Assembly (NCBI GenBank): GCA_051362555.1
Contig: CM120643.1
Span: 12,684,644-12,748,643 of the forward strand
Direction of reading: 5' to 3'
Length of the DNA stretch: 64,000 nucleotides
Source: Lingula anatina
Taxonomy: Eukaryota > Animalia > Brachiopoda
In this document: positions 13,081 to 25,900 of the stretch, piece by piece
Numbering within the stretch: position 1 is the first letter of the stretch
Layout: every line of letters begins with the position of its first letter
Translations under genes and position numbers: made by a program
Notes under the pieces: model-generated
Database searches by the model: none
Seen by the model: the letters and a program-made list of their open reading frames with translations, nothing else
What the model was told of the DNA's origin: nothing

Positions 13081-16000
13081 ACTTGGGGGGGGGGGGTGGG
13101 GGGGGGAGAGAGTTAAAATTGACCATATTGTAATTATCCCACGAAGTTTAAAAAAAAAAAAAAAAAATCAGGAGAAAACCTAAAAAAATCACATCCCTGA
13201 TATATTGTCACCAAAGGACCTTCCTGTACTTCATTTGAATGAAGACCTGACTGTCACATGAGATCTTATTCAATCTGATCCACACCACATGCCAAGAAAA
13301 TTAACAAATGCTATTTTTATCAGTACGTGCGTCAGAGACGTATCACCTTCAAGTGCGGATAGAGCGCATATTGCTACGATTCCAGGAAATATTAGTTTTC
13401 ATTTAAGGTAGTGCCACTTGGACAGTGAGAGCAATATATCGAATTTCCTTTACAATTCGTGTTTATACACTCCTGAGTTTACACTTGCATCATTTTTTTT
13501 TTCACTTCAGCAAATTGGATTTCTGAGATAAAACAGTCTAAAAATGATACAAGTTATAGAACATGGTAATAACTCTTATATTTCAAATACCTAGTTACTT
13601 TCTATTTTTTTTCTTATAACCTTGGTAAAGGGGACCGTTTTTGCTTTTGTTGGTTTGTCAGTTAACAGCTGCACTCAAAAAGTTATAAAGGGATTTTGAT
13701 AAAATTTTCAGAATAGGTTAAAAATGAGCTTGCTTATAATCTATAAGATTTTGGTGGTTTATCGAATAATCAATAATAATGAGAAATGAACTGCCTTAGC
13801 AGAAGTCTTCATTATCTAATTGCTTTTCCAATACAAAATGTATCCCTGTTACATTTATCAGAAAAAGAAAATAACAGTTTGGTGAATAATTACATTACAT
13901 TTTGTGTCAGTGGTGACTTGGTCAATGTTTCCATACTTACATCATCATCACTTCGCTTCCTGTCGTCATTTGCACGTCCCAGCTCTGTTCTCAACTGACG
14001 GATCAGATCCTCACACCTAGAAACCTGCAAAGACAACAGATAAATACCAGTTAAGAGAGGTATTTTCAAACCTGAAAAAAAAAAAAAAAAATTATAAATA
14101 ATAATAAGAAGAAGAAGAAGAAGAAAAAGTCTCAAAAGTCCTGAACAAAGAAATCATAACAGAAGAGTTTCATTTATACATCAACCACCACAAGTAGGCA
14201 AAACAGAAAAAAAATATTTGGTGATATTGCATGGGCCTTAGGGTCTACAACTACCTGAAATGTTGTTGGAAATTCCCATAACCTTGAGAGGCTAGGAAAT
14301 AAAAAAAAAAAAAAAAAATTCCCCCCAAAAAATGAGAAAATCACACATGTTAGTGACAACAATGCAACATATGGACATAAAACAGAACTCCCCAATCAGG
14401 GCACTTCTCAAGCTTACAGATTTCTTGGTGGTCTTCACATTTTTGTCATATTCCCCCTTCTCCAGTCGGAGGAAATACGAAGCCATCCCCAGTCCTGGGG
14501 AGCAGACGTCCCTCTCGTCCAGCACCGTGACCAGGCTCTCATCATCGGTAAAACTAACATCGTGGTCTGCCTCCTCAAAGCCAGACTCGTCTGTGCTGGC
14601 GGTGCAATTCAACAGGTGATCAGAACCAGATGTGGAGGTGGATGAGATTTTTCTCGCTGGTATTTCCACCTCAGTCATGATAACAGTAACTGGACAGTAT
14701 TACTGCCTTTCAAAAAATCTGAGTCTCTCTTATCCCAAATTTTTTTAAAAATTGGTAAAATAAACAAATCCAAGCACTGTCTCCGGTTGACAAAGCTTAA
14801 GAGTGTAAATCTATTCCAGCTGGGGAAAAAAATCTTGGCAAACAAGGTGCCCTTGAAAAGTAACTAACAAGTCTTGAGAGAAAACCAAAAGCAGAATCTC
14901 GCAGAACAGTTTCCTCCTCAAACCATTAGTCCGAACCTCAACTCCTGGCCAAGAATTTCCAAAGGGATACTGCACTGGAACTCAAGAGCACAGATGTCGT
15001 GGTGGAAGTTCTCTCGGGATCTTGCTCTTTTAAAGAGTCCACGCCGAAAATCTCATGTCAGGAGACGCTACCCTCGGCGTCTTGTGCAAACAAGCACTAA
15101 CAACTCGAAGGAGGATTGTTTTCCAAGTCAAACACCCCCACTGAGGTACCAAACAGGCACTTGCGACTCTTACCCCCTTCTCAACACAAAAGCCAAGATC
15201 CACTAAAAACTCTCTTATTATGCTTGACCAATAGATCAAGCCTAATCAGCCATGCTTAAAAGTGTTTGCAACCTACATATTTGTGTTTGTAGTTAAATGT
15301 CCACCAACGCTGCCTAATTCAACGAGTTGGTTTATTTGTTGAATCCCTCCCCTGCGTAAACACTGTGGATAACGGAGCATGTTGATGAACTATTGTATCA
15401 TTCAAAAGCCACAATTATGGGCAATTCACATCTGGTGTTTATTAAGCTAACTTCAATGTTGGTTTTTTGAGACCTGCGTACAGGTAAGATGTTGTTCCAA
15501 CAGAGCTTGTGTACACAGGGGGCTCGCAACAGTAGCATTTGCCTGGTTACGTGGATTGAAGAAATAATAATAATAATATTAAAACTTGGGTTTCAGGTGA
15601 CGGCACACCTGGATCATGGGTGTTTACACTCATTTTTGCATAATCTGTACTTAAGCCACTTATACTATCCAAACAAACTTTCCTTGTAATGTGTGAAAAG
15701 AAACAAAAAAATAATAATAGAACACTTTGTATTTTAATGCATAGTTAAAAGTACTCTACTGATCCTTTTCATTGCATATTGACATATTTGAAGGACTTTT
15801 TTCTCTTATTATTTGCTGAAATCACTTGTAATGCAAGAAATGTTAAATATTATCAATTTTGTAATCTGCAATCACAGTAACATTACACAATTTTCAACAA
15901 CATTAAAATCATAAAAATTAGACATCTGAGACACTGACACAGGCCTATCTTGGATTATGCCCCTAGTGAGCATATGAGAAAGCATGAGAGAGCATGAGAA

Positions 16001-16835
16001 TACACAGATTCTTTATTAAAAATAGGAACAGAGATGAGCAATTGTGAAATAAGGTGAAAACCAATATAAAGAGATATAACAGAGCTAGTGAAAAGTTATT
16101 TAATATTGTACTCTTAAAAGAAATAATTAAAAGAAAGTGAGTGCATGTTTTACGTTTTGGTTGCATAGCATATAAAAATAAAACTATGCATAAATGATAT
16201 TCAGCGTGAAAAACCTTTTATCATCAAAATGCTATGATAAGAACTGCAGAAACAAAGCTTACTTAGCTTTTCACCAAATACAAAAAACAAGTAACTTACT
16301 TCTTTAGATGTTTCCCGCTGTTTTTCTTGCAGCATCTGTATAGTATGGACTTGGTTGTCACTTTCCGCATCTTTCAGCGTCAGTTCGTTGTTGAGATCAC
16401 GTAGTTGTGCAGTGACATTGTTCATTTTCCTGTCTCTACTCTGAAGCTAGTAAGAAAAAAAAAATCTTATAAATGTCAAGTCTGGAAAGAAGTTTATATC
16501 AGCTATTTATAAAACAGTTTTTGCCCACATGCAAAAAATTGTCTTCACTTTTCAAGGGATCAACAACAATTAACAATATTCATTTTGATGGTATTACTTA
16601 CTTCATTAATAAGATTCAGTCCAACAAAAAAAAAAATTCTTTGGTCTGTCTAATTTTTCATAACTGCCTGTCTTTTAAAAGACTTTAAGCAAGTCTGAGT
16701 GTACACCTCACAGTCATCTTTGTGTAGACATGTTGAACTATTAAGTTTTCTGATAAAACCTGCCATCTCCCCTCCTTTCCCTGCTCTATCTCCTCTCTTT
16801 CTCTCCATCCATCCACCTTCTCCCCCCCCCTGCCC

Positions 16836-16920
<85 letters not shown>

Positions 16921-19900
16921 CACTCACCTCTAAATGCAGCTCATCCACCCTCTGCTGTGCCACCCTGAGATCTGACTTGAGTTTCATAATACTGATGTCC
17001 TTGTCTGTGAGCTGGCTGACCGCCGTCTGCTCTCTGTCCTGGACAGTGGACAGGGAGGACCGGATGGACCCCAGGACAGTGTCCTTTTGAGTGACCTTAA
17101 GGGAAACATACACCGGACATTACATCAAACTGTTGGGAAAGCTGATAAGAATAGGGGAAAAGAACACAGAATCACTTTGTAATCATTGTGATTTAACTAA
17201 AGCTTAATAAATGAAAAATCTCTTACTAGTGAGTTCTCAAGTGAAAAGAGACATAAGATTTTTATTTTTCCATCAGAGTTCATCTTAAAAAGTTACTAAA
17301 CTTAGTCTTTGTAAGTCAATAACAACAGTGACTACTGGTCAGTTTAAAAACAGTGACCACTGGTCAATATAACAACAGTGCCCACTGGTCAATATAACAA
17401 CACTGCCCACTGGTCAGTATAACAACAGTGACCACTGGTTAACATACCAACAGTGACCACTGGCCAATATAACAACAGTGACCACTGGCCATTATAACAT
17501 CGTTGACAACTGGTCAATATAACAATGGTGACCATGGTCAATACAACAACAGTGACCACTGGCCAATATAACAACAGTGACTACTGGTCATTTGTCAAGT
17601 CCCCAAACTGACCTGGTTCACAGTGGTCCTGTGTTCCGTTTGCACCTTCCTGAGCTCCTTCTGTAAGCGCTCTATTAAGTCGTCCCTGGCACGCAGCTGC
17701 TGCTTCAGGTCTTCCACATGGCCCTCTAGCACCTCCTCCGATGATTTCCTGGAATATGGAGAGCAACTCATGAAAACGGCATTGCTAACTTGGAATTATG
17801 GCAATTAGATCTTTTACTTATTATTTAGTCATGGTTGGTTGATACTTGTCTTGTTTTTGTAACATTCCTTAAGGCCCATACCAAACTGCTGCTTATTTTA
17901 TGACAGACTGATTTCTCAACTGATCCAAGCTTAGTGTGAAAATTCCTCCATACGACAATATCTATTTATCTATTTCAATCTAGAGCCAATGTTGCTTTAT
18001 TATGACTAAAATTTTCACTTTATTTCAGTCTAGTGTGAACACCATATTTTATAAGACAATACTTCTCAGTTTATTTCATTCTAGTGTGAACAGAGCTTTA
18101 AACCACTATTCATCAGTTTATTTCAGCACAGTGTGAATTTCTCTCTTCCTGTTACTCACGTTTTCTCTATCTCTTCCCACGGCCCAAACACTTGGTCAAA
18201 AGTTACTTCTTTGAAGACTAGATCATCTATCTGGAAATGAACAGAAAATAACCAGTAATGCATTTTACCAAATATCACTCTGGGCCCTCTCATTTTAAAA
18301 TTGAATCATTTAAACCCAATTGCTGGATAATTTGGTCAAGGAGTTATAACAGAACTTCTGTTATATACTCCTTGATTTGGTTTGAATAAAATGTTGAAGC
18401 TCATCAGTGATCCACATCTTTATCAGGTGAATAGCAACATTTTGATCACGTAGATATAATTTAATCTACTACAATGAGTCCAGCCACTCCAGTGATCATA
18501 GACATGATATTATTTTAATATGGATAATCTCTGAGATCACAATGGCATATAGCATCTTCTTTATATATACAACTTGAGCTAGTGATCCAAGAATCAAAGT
18601 TTCAAAACAAAACACCTGAATTATAATTCAAGGATCTGATTCAGCATTTTCATAGGACATCTTTTCTTAATTAAGCTACTAGTATTTACTTTCAGAAAGA
18701 ACATTTCTCCAGTGAACAACAGTTTGTTCATATGGGAGAATACATAGATAGATCAAATTGATGAAAATGAATAATTTCATCTTCTCATGGTGACTGATAA
18801 TCCAAGACATCAGCAATCAAACTGCAAGTATTAATCTATCTGATCCACAGCGCATCACAATGAACATAAAATGTCACTCTTGTCAAGTAGATCATATATC
18901 TGCAGGCGGTGATATTTCTCACCTGAAAACCAAATGGTCACACCATCCACAGTGTTAATGACTTTCTGTTGTATAACAAGAGCTTCATTTAGTTTCCTTA
19001 TTAACACCTTAAGACCTTGATAAATATTCTACTTCTCATCAGATTACAAAAGCATCACTGTTAACTAAGCCAGGCTACTGAGACCTAAGGCTTCGTTCAC
19101 ATGCAATGTCTATTTTCTAAATTCTATTTTCTATTCGTGGTATGTCTTATGATCATGGTCTGTGCACTGAATATCCCGCGGCGTAATTACTGGCAGCGCG
19201 AGCCAGTTACTTTAAGTAACTGGCTCGCACTGCCAGTAATTACGCCGCGGGATATTCAGGGCACACACCATGATCATAAGATACCGCGAATAGAAAATAG
19301 AATTTAGAAAATAGACATTCCATGTGAACGAAGCCTAAGTCTTAGCACAATTAACACTGGGAAGAAACTAAACATAAAAGGATTCAGAAACTGCACTTAA
19401 ATTTACATGGCAAGCAACATATGACAGTGTCAGATGTATGTTTTATGGAGATCAGCGTAATCAAAGGCTATTATCAATACTGCTAAATACTGCTAAATAT
19501 TGCTATTGTATGATCTAGTGTCTACGGAAATGTCATAAAAAAGCTTTGTCTCCACTGTAAATGGATATTTATGGAGAGAGAGAGAAAGCAAAGTATAAAA
19601 TGACACAAGTTAAAAGTCAGATACAAAACTGGTGGCCTAAAGAGAAGGTACTGGTTAATTGTAGCAAAAATGATGCAAACACACACACTGGTGCAAGATG
19701 GATACTTCTTTTATTTAACTTTTCAAATGTCTGTACATGCATGAACAAGTGACAGATCTTTGGTATAGGAGCTGTCACTTGAATCATAAAACACAATGAA
19801 GAATTTAAGGCTGTCCTATTGAACCTACCTCCCACCCTTAGGTTGTCCTGATAATTCCTGTGCAAAACCTACCTACCTACCACCCTCAGGTTGTCCTGGT

Positions 19901-22900
19901 AAATCTTGTGCAGAACCTACCTACCACCCTTAGGTTGTCCTGGTAAAGCCCATGCGAAACCTACCTCCCACCCTTAGGTTGTCCTGATAATTCCTGTGCA
20001 AAACCTACCTTTCCACTGTGCTGTCATATGCTACACAGTATCAACCCTCCAACCTACCACTGTCCTGGCAAATCCTAGCTAGAACCTACCCCCTAGCCTT
20101 ATGTTGACAGTACCCACCCTTCATTTTTCAAAACTCCTATGCAGTACCCATTTCTAACCCTCCTGAGATCCTGGTTAATCTTGTACAAACTTACCTCCCA
20201 CCCTCCTGTTGTCCTAGCAAATCCAATGACATTAATGAGCGTGTTGATGTCATGCAGCAGGTTGGCGTTCTTGTCACGCAAGACGGCATTTTCAGATTCA
20301 CATCTGTCAAGTGTCTCCTGAAGGTCCTGAAAGACACATAAAAATGATCATACAATTTATTCCTTTTTTTTTTTTCAAAAATGATTACTAGAGTTCACAT
20401 CTGTACCAAATAGATATCTAGTAGTACTATCTTAATTAGTGTATTCATATTTTGAACTGCATTTTTTTTTTTTGTTCTCCAAATTAACCACTTGGATAAT
20501 CAAATATAGTAATATCACGTTTTTTTCCTACTGATCAAAAGGCAACACTTAACCATCTGTTCCTTATATATAAAAAGACAGCTTAAAGAGCGCTCAGCAC
20601 AACTTACTTCTATAACATTATCTGATTTTTCTTTCTCAACAGCCACTGCCCTCATCTCTCTCTCATAATCTTTAGCCTTTCCCATGTATTCCTGAAACAA
20701 ATAAAATCTAATGTCAGAAGTGATATAATATACACAGAAACATTAGTCTCACCACCCTGGGTCTTTCCAGAAATATTTACTTGATTTGGTCCCTTTATTT
20801 TCCAGTAAATTTGGTATAGTGGTAGTTATTGTTCTTGCTGGTATGTTCATTGATATGGCAGTCACAGTGATGCATACACAGTTCAGTATTAGGGAATAGT
20901 TTCAAAATGTTGCTTTCTATGAACTGGCCAAATTGATACCCAGGTTCATCCTTGTCAAACTTTGTGCCATCTTTTATCTGTCAAACCACCCCATACAAGT
21001 GAATTGTGGTTCAACAAGTAAATGATATTTACTTAAAAATTAAAATGCTTCATAGTTTCAATTATTTGTTACTAACAAAATATTTTAAATGAAAATTAAT
21101 CCACACTGCTCAAATTTATTAAGTAATTACATTCCCCTAAAATCAAAATCATTACCTTGGTACTCATTTTTATCATTCCCTCCTCTAAACCCATATATAC
21201 TCACAGCACCCCACCCCTCCTTTTCTACCCTGGGGGAACAGTTGCACCCCTCGTACCAAAATTACCTACAATATCCAACATCAAGTGTCAGCACTTCAAA
21301 AGTACTTCTAAAATGTGCTGTAGTTTGGTCAATAATAATTCATTTTAGACAAAGGGCCAATGACCATTATAACCTAGGGAATTAATTATCTGAAATATTA
21401 CCCCTCCATTGATGCCAGTTTCCACCTGATCTTGCCAGCGCACTTTCTTTGGTGTGCTGGTCGCCTTGGGGTGCAATATCCCATGGCTGTACATTGCACA
21501 AAGAATCTAGGGTGCTGCAGACCCCTCTTGCCTTCTAGATTTCCTTTACAGCTTTGGAATCAACTTTCTTACTAAATGAACTGCATTATTCATTGGCATC
21601 TGTTCCAGCTCTAATTTTAGTACTTAGTACATCAGGACTTCATTTCTGAGAAAATTAACATCAAATTGTGCCAATTATTATTTTAAGACAAAGGGCCAAT
21701 GACCATTATTAACTAGAGAATGAATTATATGAAATATTACCCCTTCGTGGATGCCAGTTTCCACCTGATCTTGCCAGCGCACTTTCTTTGGTGTGCTGGT
21801 CGCCTTAGGGTGCAATATCCCATGGCTATACATTGTACAAAGAGTCAAGGGTGCCACAGGCCTCCGTTTCCTTGGTGTCTTTTTCTCTCTAGAATTCCTG
21901 AACTGTTTTGGAATCGGTTCTTACAATTTCAAAGTGAATTGCATAATTCATCAGCATCGGTTTCAGCGCTAGTTTCAGTGTTTTGTACATCAGGACATCA
22001 TTTTCTGAGCAAACTGACACCACATTGTGCAAAATATGAGGGCACTTACTGCCTGCCTGTTCTTGGAGCCCTGTGCATATTATATAATAAAGCAAACAGC
22101 ATACAGAACTTAGTTACAGAGCATACATTTCTCAAATCCTTTAAGTTTAACCATAAAAAACCCATCAATCCAAATATTTTCTACATCCTGATTATGACCT
22201 ATACACAGTATTCAATATTTGAATACTGTACAAATGAAACATTGGTGACAGACTTAAATCAGTCTCTGCAGCAAACCAGCGTTGCAGTCTGTAAATTTTC
22301 TCTCATGAACAGGAGAATCTTGAAACTTTTCTGATGGATCTCATCCTGACAAAATGTACAGTGTCAATCCTTATGTTCACCATGAGAGCATTCCATTTAC
22401 TAGTAGCATCCTTGACCAGCTGCCCTCTAGGGGTTCGAGAGGAATAGCATCCCAAAAATTGTGGCACCTCAAATAATAATCCTGCCTCCTTCTTACAAGT
22501 CATGAGCGGCAAACACAGTAACAGTTCCTGCCTTTTTGTGCGGAAAACTGTTTCAAATTAATCAGTATACAATTACCGAGGGGCCCTATAAATCCAGTGC
22601 ACGTAAATTGACTGGTCCAATTTGTTTATTCTTTGGATAAAGACGCTTTGATTGTGGACCCAATTCAGACCAGTTTATGATTCAGGAATTTATTTCTTCT
22701 TTTATCAAGATTTTGTAAACATTGCTCTCTCTGTGTGTTTGTTTGTGTATTACATGAAATAAAAGAAATCAGCACAAGAAGTAAACTAGAGAACAAAGGT
22801 CTGCTGCTTACTCTGGGAAGAAGCGGCAAATTTAATGCTGCTGTTTCCAGAATGAATGAGTTATGGGGTAGTAAAATGGAAAGGAGGTGACATGAGAATG

Positions 22901-25900
22901 ATTTTCAGTTTAAATTGTGCTCATAAAATACAAGGTCATGCAAATAACAGGTTTCTCACAGAAGAAATTGCCGTCAAATCACACCTTCCAACTCATCATA
23001 TCTCTCACATTTGTTTTGAACTTCAAATTATTATTTTGGTGTCCCTGTCAAGAATCATTTTGAATGGAGTTTTATTTTATTTGTCAGTTTTCAATGGAAT
23101 ACATATCTGCAGTGACAAGACAGGAACTGAATGCTTAATATGAAGAACTTTTAGCTTGCATAACCACGATCCGACCTTGGTACATTATCACACAAATTTT
23201 ACTTATTAGTAAGTCAAAACTGAGTTAAAACAGTACTATTATCAATTTGTTACTTAGTAAGCATATTCCATTTTAGACATTAAAATTATCTTCAGAATAT
23301 GTCAAAATTTATACAATCTGGCATGTGCTTAGACAATTGAAACATGTATCCTGAACCTTGGTAATTGTGAACAGAAAAATGATGAGGCCATCTAAATGAC
23401 AGAAGTAAGGTATTTCACAGTTGATAAATAACCCACTAGATCAATTACTGGAAAGCTGAAAACTTTGAAGAACAGTTGTATATTCATAGCAGCAGTTATG
23501 AAAAAATTGCCAGACTGATGGACTATTTTCAGGACTGGGCTCCATAACTCGAAAGCATCGCAAATTGCCACCGAGTGCAAGCGTCTCTATTCCATAACTC
23601 GGGATTTACTCGCCCCATATAAGAGCCTTGAAATGAAAGGTGATATTGCTATTCGCAATTCGCGATGTTTTCAAGTTACGGAGCCCTGATTGTAAATTCA
23701 AAATGGCAGCTCTTTGACCTATTGCTGGTCCTTTAGACTGACTAAAAGTAAAATTGTAGTGGTCCTCGAAAATTTTTAAGGCCCTGACTGGTCTGATCAG
23801 TACTATTAGGCTTCGTTCACATGCAATGTCTATTTTCTATTTTCTATTTTTGGTATGTCTTATGATCACGGTCTGTGCACTGAATATCCCGCCGCGTAAT
23901 TACTGGCAGCGCGAGCCAGTTACTATAAGTTACTATAAGTAACTGGCTCGCGCTGCCAGTAATTACGCGGCGGGATATTCAGTGCACAGACCGTGATCAT
24001 AAGACATACCGAAAATAGAAAATAGAAAATAGACATTGCATGTGAACGAAGCCTTAGTTTCATGATGTCTGCAATAAGACCCCACTAGGCTAAGAGTTTC
24101 AGTTAGAAATAGCTGACTGGATAGTAGCTAGTCACCTTGATCAATTCTGTTCGAGATTTAAAACTGACACCATGCACACAAGATATCTGCAAATGTCTCA
24201 GTCAGTTTATGCATCCTTTATTGGCCGTCATTACCTGTAATACTTTTTCACTTATCTACTCATTTTATTTCTCTTTCTTTCTTTATCCCATCACAGAGTG
24301 AGAGTGTCTCATAATCTACCTGTCATAATTTATCACCCCCTTTTATCAAACATTTCCCACCTTAACTGAGCTGGCAGTCTTCTGTAGTTTAGATTCTAAG
24401 ATGGCAACCCGGTCGTTTGCTTCGCGTTCCAGTTCCTCCACTGTCTGCACCAACACCTCGTTCTGCTCGCTCAAGTCATGCACGTATGACTGCATGATCC
24501 TAAGACGCATCTGTAAGGATTATCATATGTATAATATATAAATAAAATAATGCAAAAATTAGCAGGACATGATACATAGAAAAAAAAAGGAATCACATTT
24601 TTCATATCAAAATAGTTTTGTTACATGTGGTGAACAAACATCATGTTGAGATAAGACAGCTCCATGGACATAGGACAAGTACACATACCTTCGAACCTCT
24701 TGTAAAACTTAGTGAAAATAGAGGAAAATGAAAAAAAAAAAAAGACGAATAACATAAAGCTAATTTGTTACAATATTATTCAACAACTTGCCAACACAAA
24801 CAGAAAATTAGCAATAAGCATTATTACAACTGACAATTTAGATATCTCTGTTGATGGGAAAACTGGTTGCGTTAACAGAAGTGTGCACGTTGAGGAGATG
24901 AGAGATAAGATAAAAATTTGAGAGCTCCCACACTACAGCTGGCTCGAAAACTGTTTAGTTTTTTAGGCATTTGCTCTCAGACCTTAGCTTGGGTAGCGCT
25001 CAAACTCACCAATTTAGCCAAATGCTAAAACTGACTGAAATTGGCTAGAGAAAAAGGGCTAGATTTGACATGTTTTAGCCAAATTATAACCATTTTGATA
25101 ACAAATTGACAAAAATGTGGTGATATGGCTAAGCTAAAAAAATTGCTAGCACTACCCCTGCTTAGCACAGCGTAGATATAAAAATCATCAATAGGAGTCC
25201 TAAGGCATGAATTTTGTACTAGCAGAAAATATGAATTATGTGACTGAAAAAAATTTTTGGGGAAAGAAATGGTCATCAACACTGGTGCAAAGATAATGTG
25301 CTTTGGCTTTCAAATTTCTACAACTCCTTTGAAACCAATATCAAAATTTTACTTTGTCACATTTCTACAATTTTTTATGTAATAATATTGTAAGTATTTA
25401 CTTTGTGTTTATATCAAAACCAATATTAAATTTTTATCTTAATTTAGTCTGATCAACAGTAAACATAAGAACACAGTATTGGCACTGTCACATCACCATT
25501 AGTCTTCTACATCACTTATTTTAGCATAACATACTGCCACCCTTTAACAGTGACAAGCTTTTAAAACAATTAGATTTTGTTATAAAGTCAGTTACTGATT
25601 TTTTTTTCTTGATCATATTGGACACTGGAGAAGACCATCACAATATGTTAATACTGCACCACTTTTCATTGGCAGCAAGTTAATAAAATCATATAGTACT
25701 ACATGTAGTACTGTAGTAAACACGGTTTGAGAGGAATAATTAACAGCACTGTGTTGATGATTAAACTATCAAAACGTGGCATAATTTCATCCCGCCAATC
25801 TATCAGAAATGAGTTCCCTGTAAATATTCAAATTGCATTTTCTTTTTATAACAACAATTCCATAAAAAAATCTTGCAACAGCCAAAATGAAAAAATCTTT

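Larger units (their letters stand above)
21342..22034. repeat. Tandem duplication, ~340-bp unit x2
   Basis: Both units begin AGACAAAGGGCCAATGACCATTAT (~21346, ~21686) and align to TTGTGC.AA. Confidence 0.92.

Noticed and set aside
16685-16927. ER-repeat extension in ORF 16685-17113
   Set aside because: Intronic (CT)n microsatellite read through past the donor at 16927.
17317-17590. CRISPR-like appearance of the 25-bp array
   Set aside because: Head-to-tail units without unique spacers, eukaryotic intron, no cas genes.
18380-19070. Coding-like minus-strand stretch (KLNEALVIQQKVINTVDG...)
   Set aside because: Frequent stops, no coherent splice sites, no recognisable homology.
21720-22334. 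204-aa plus-strand ORF
   Set aside because: Antisense to the duplicated exon and micro-exon; no recognisable domain. The synonymous-change pattern supports the minus-strand frame.
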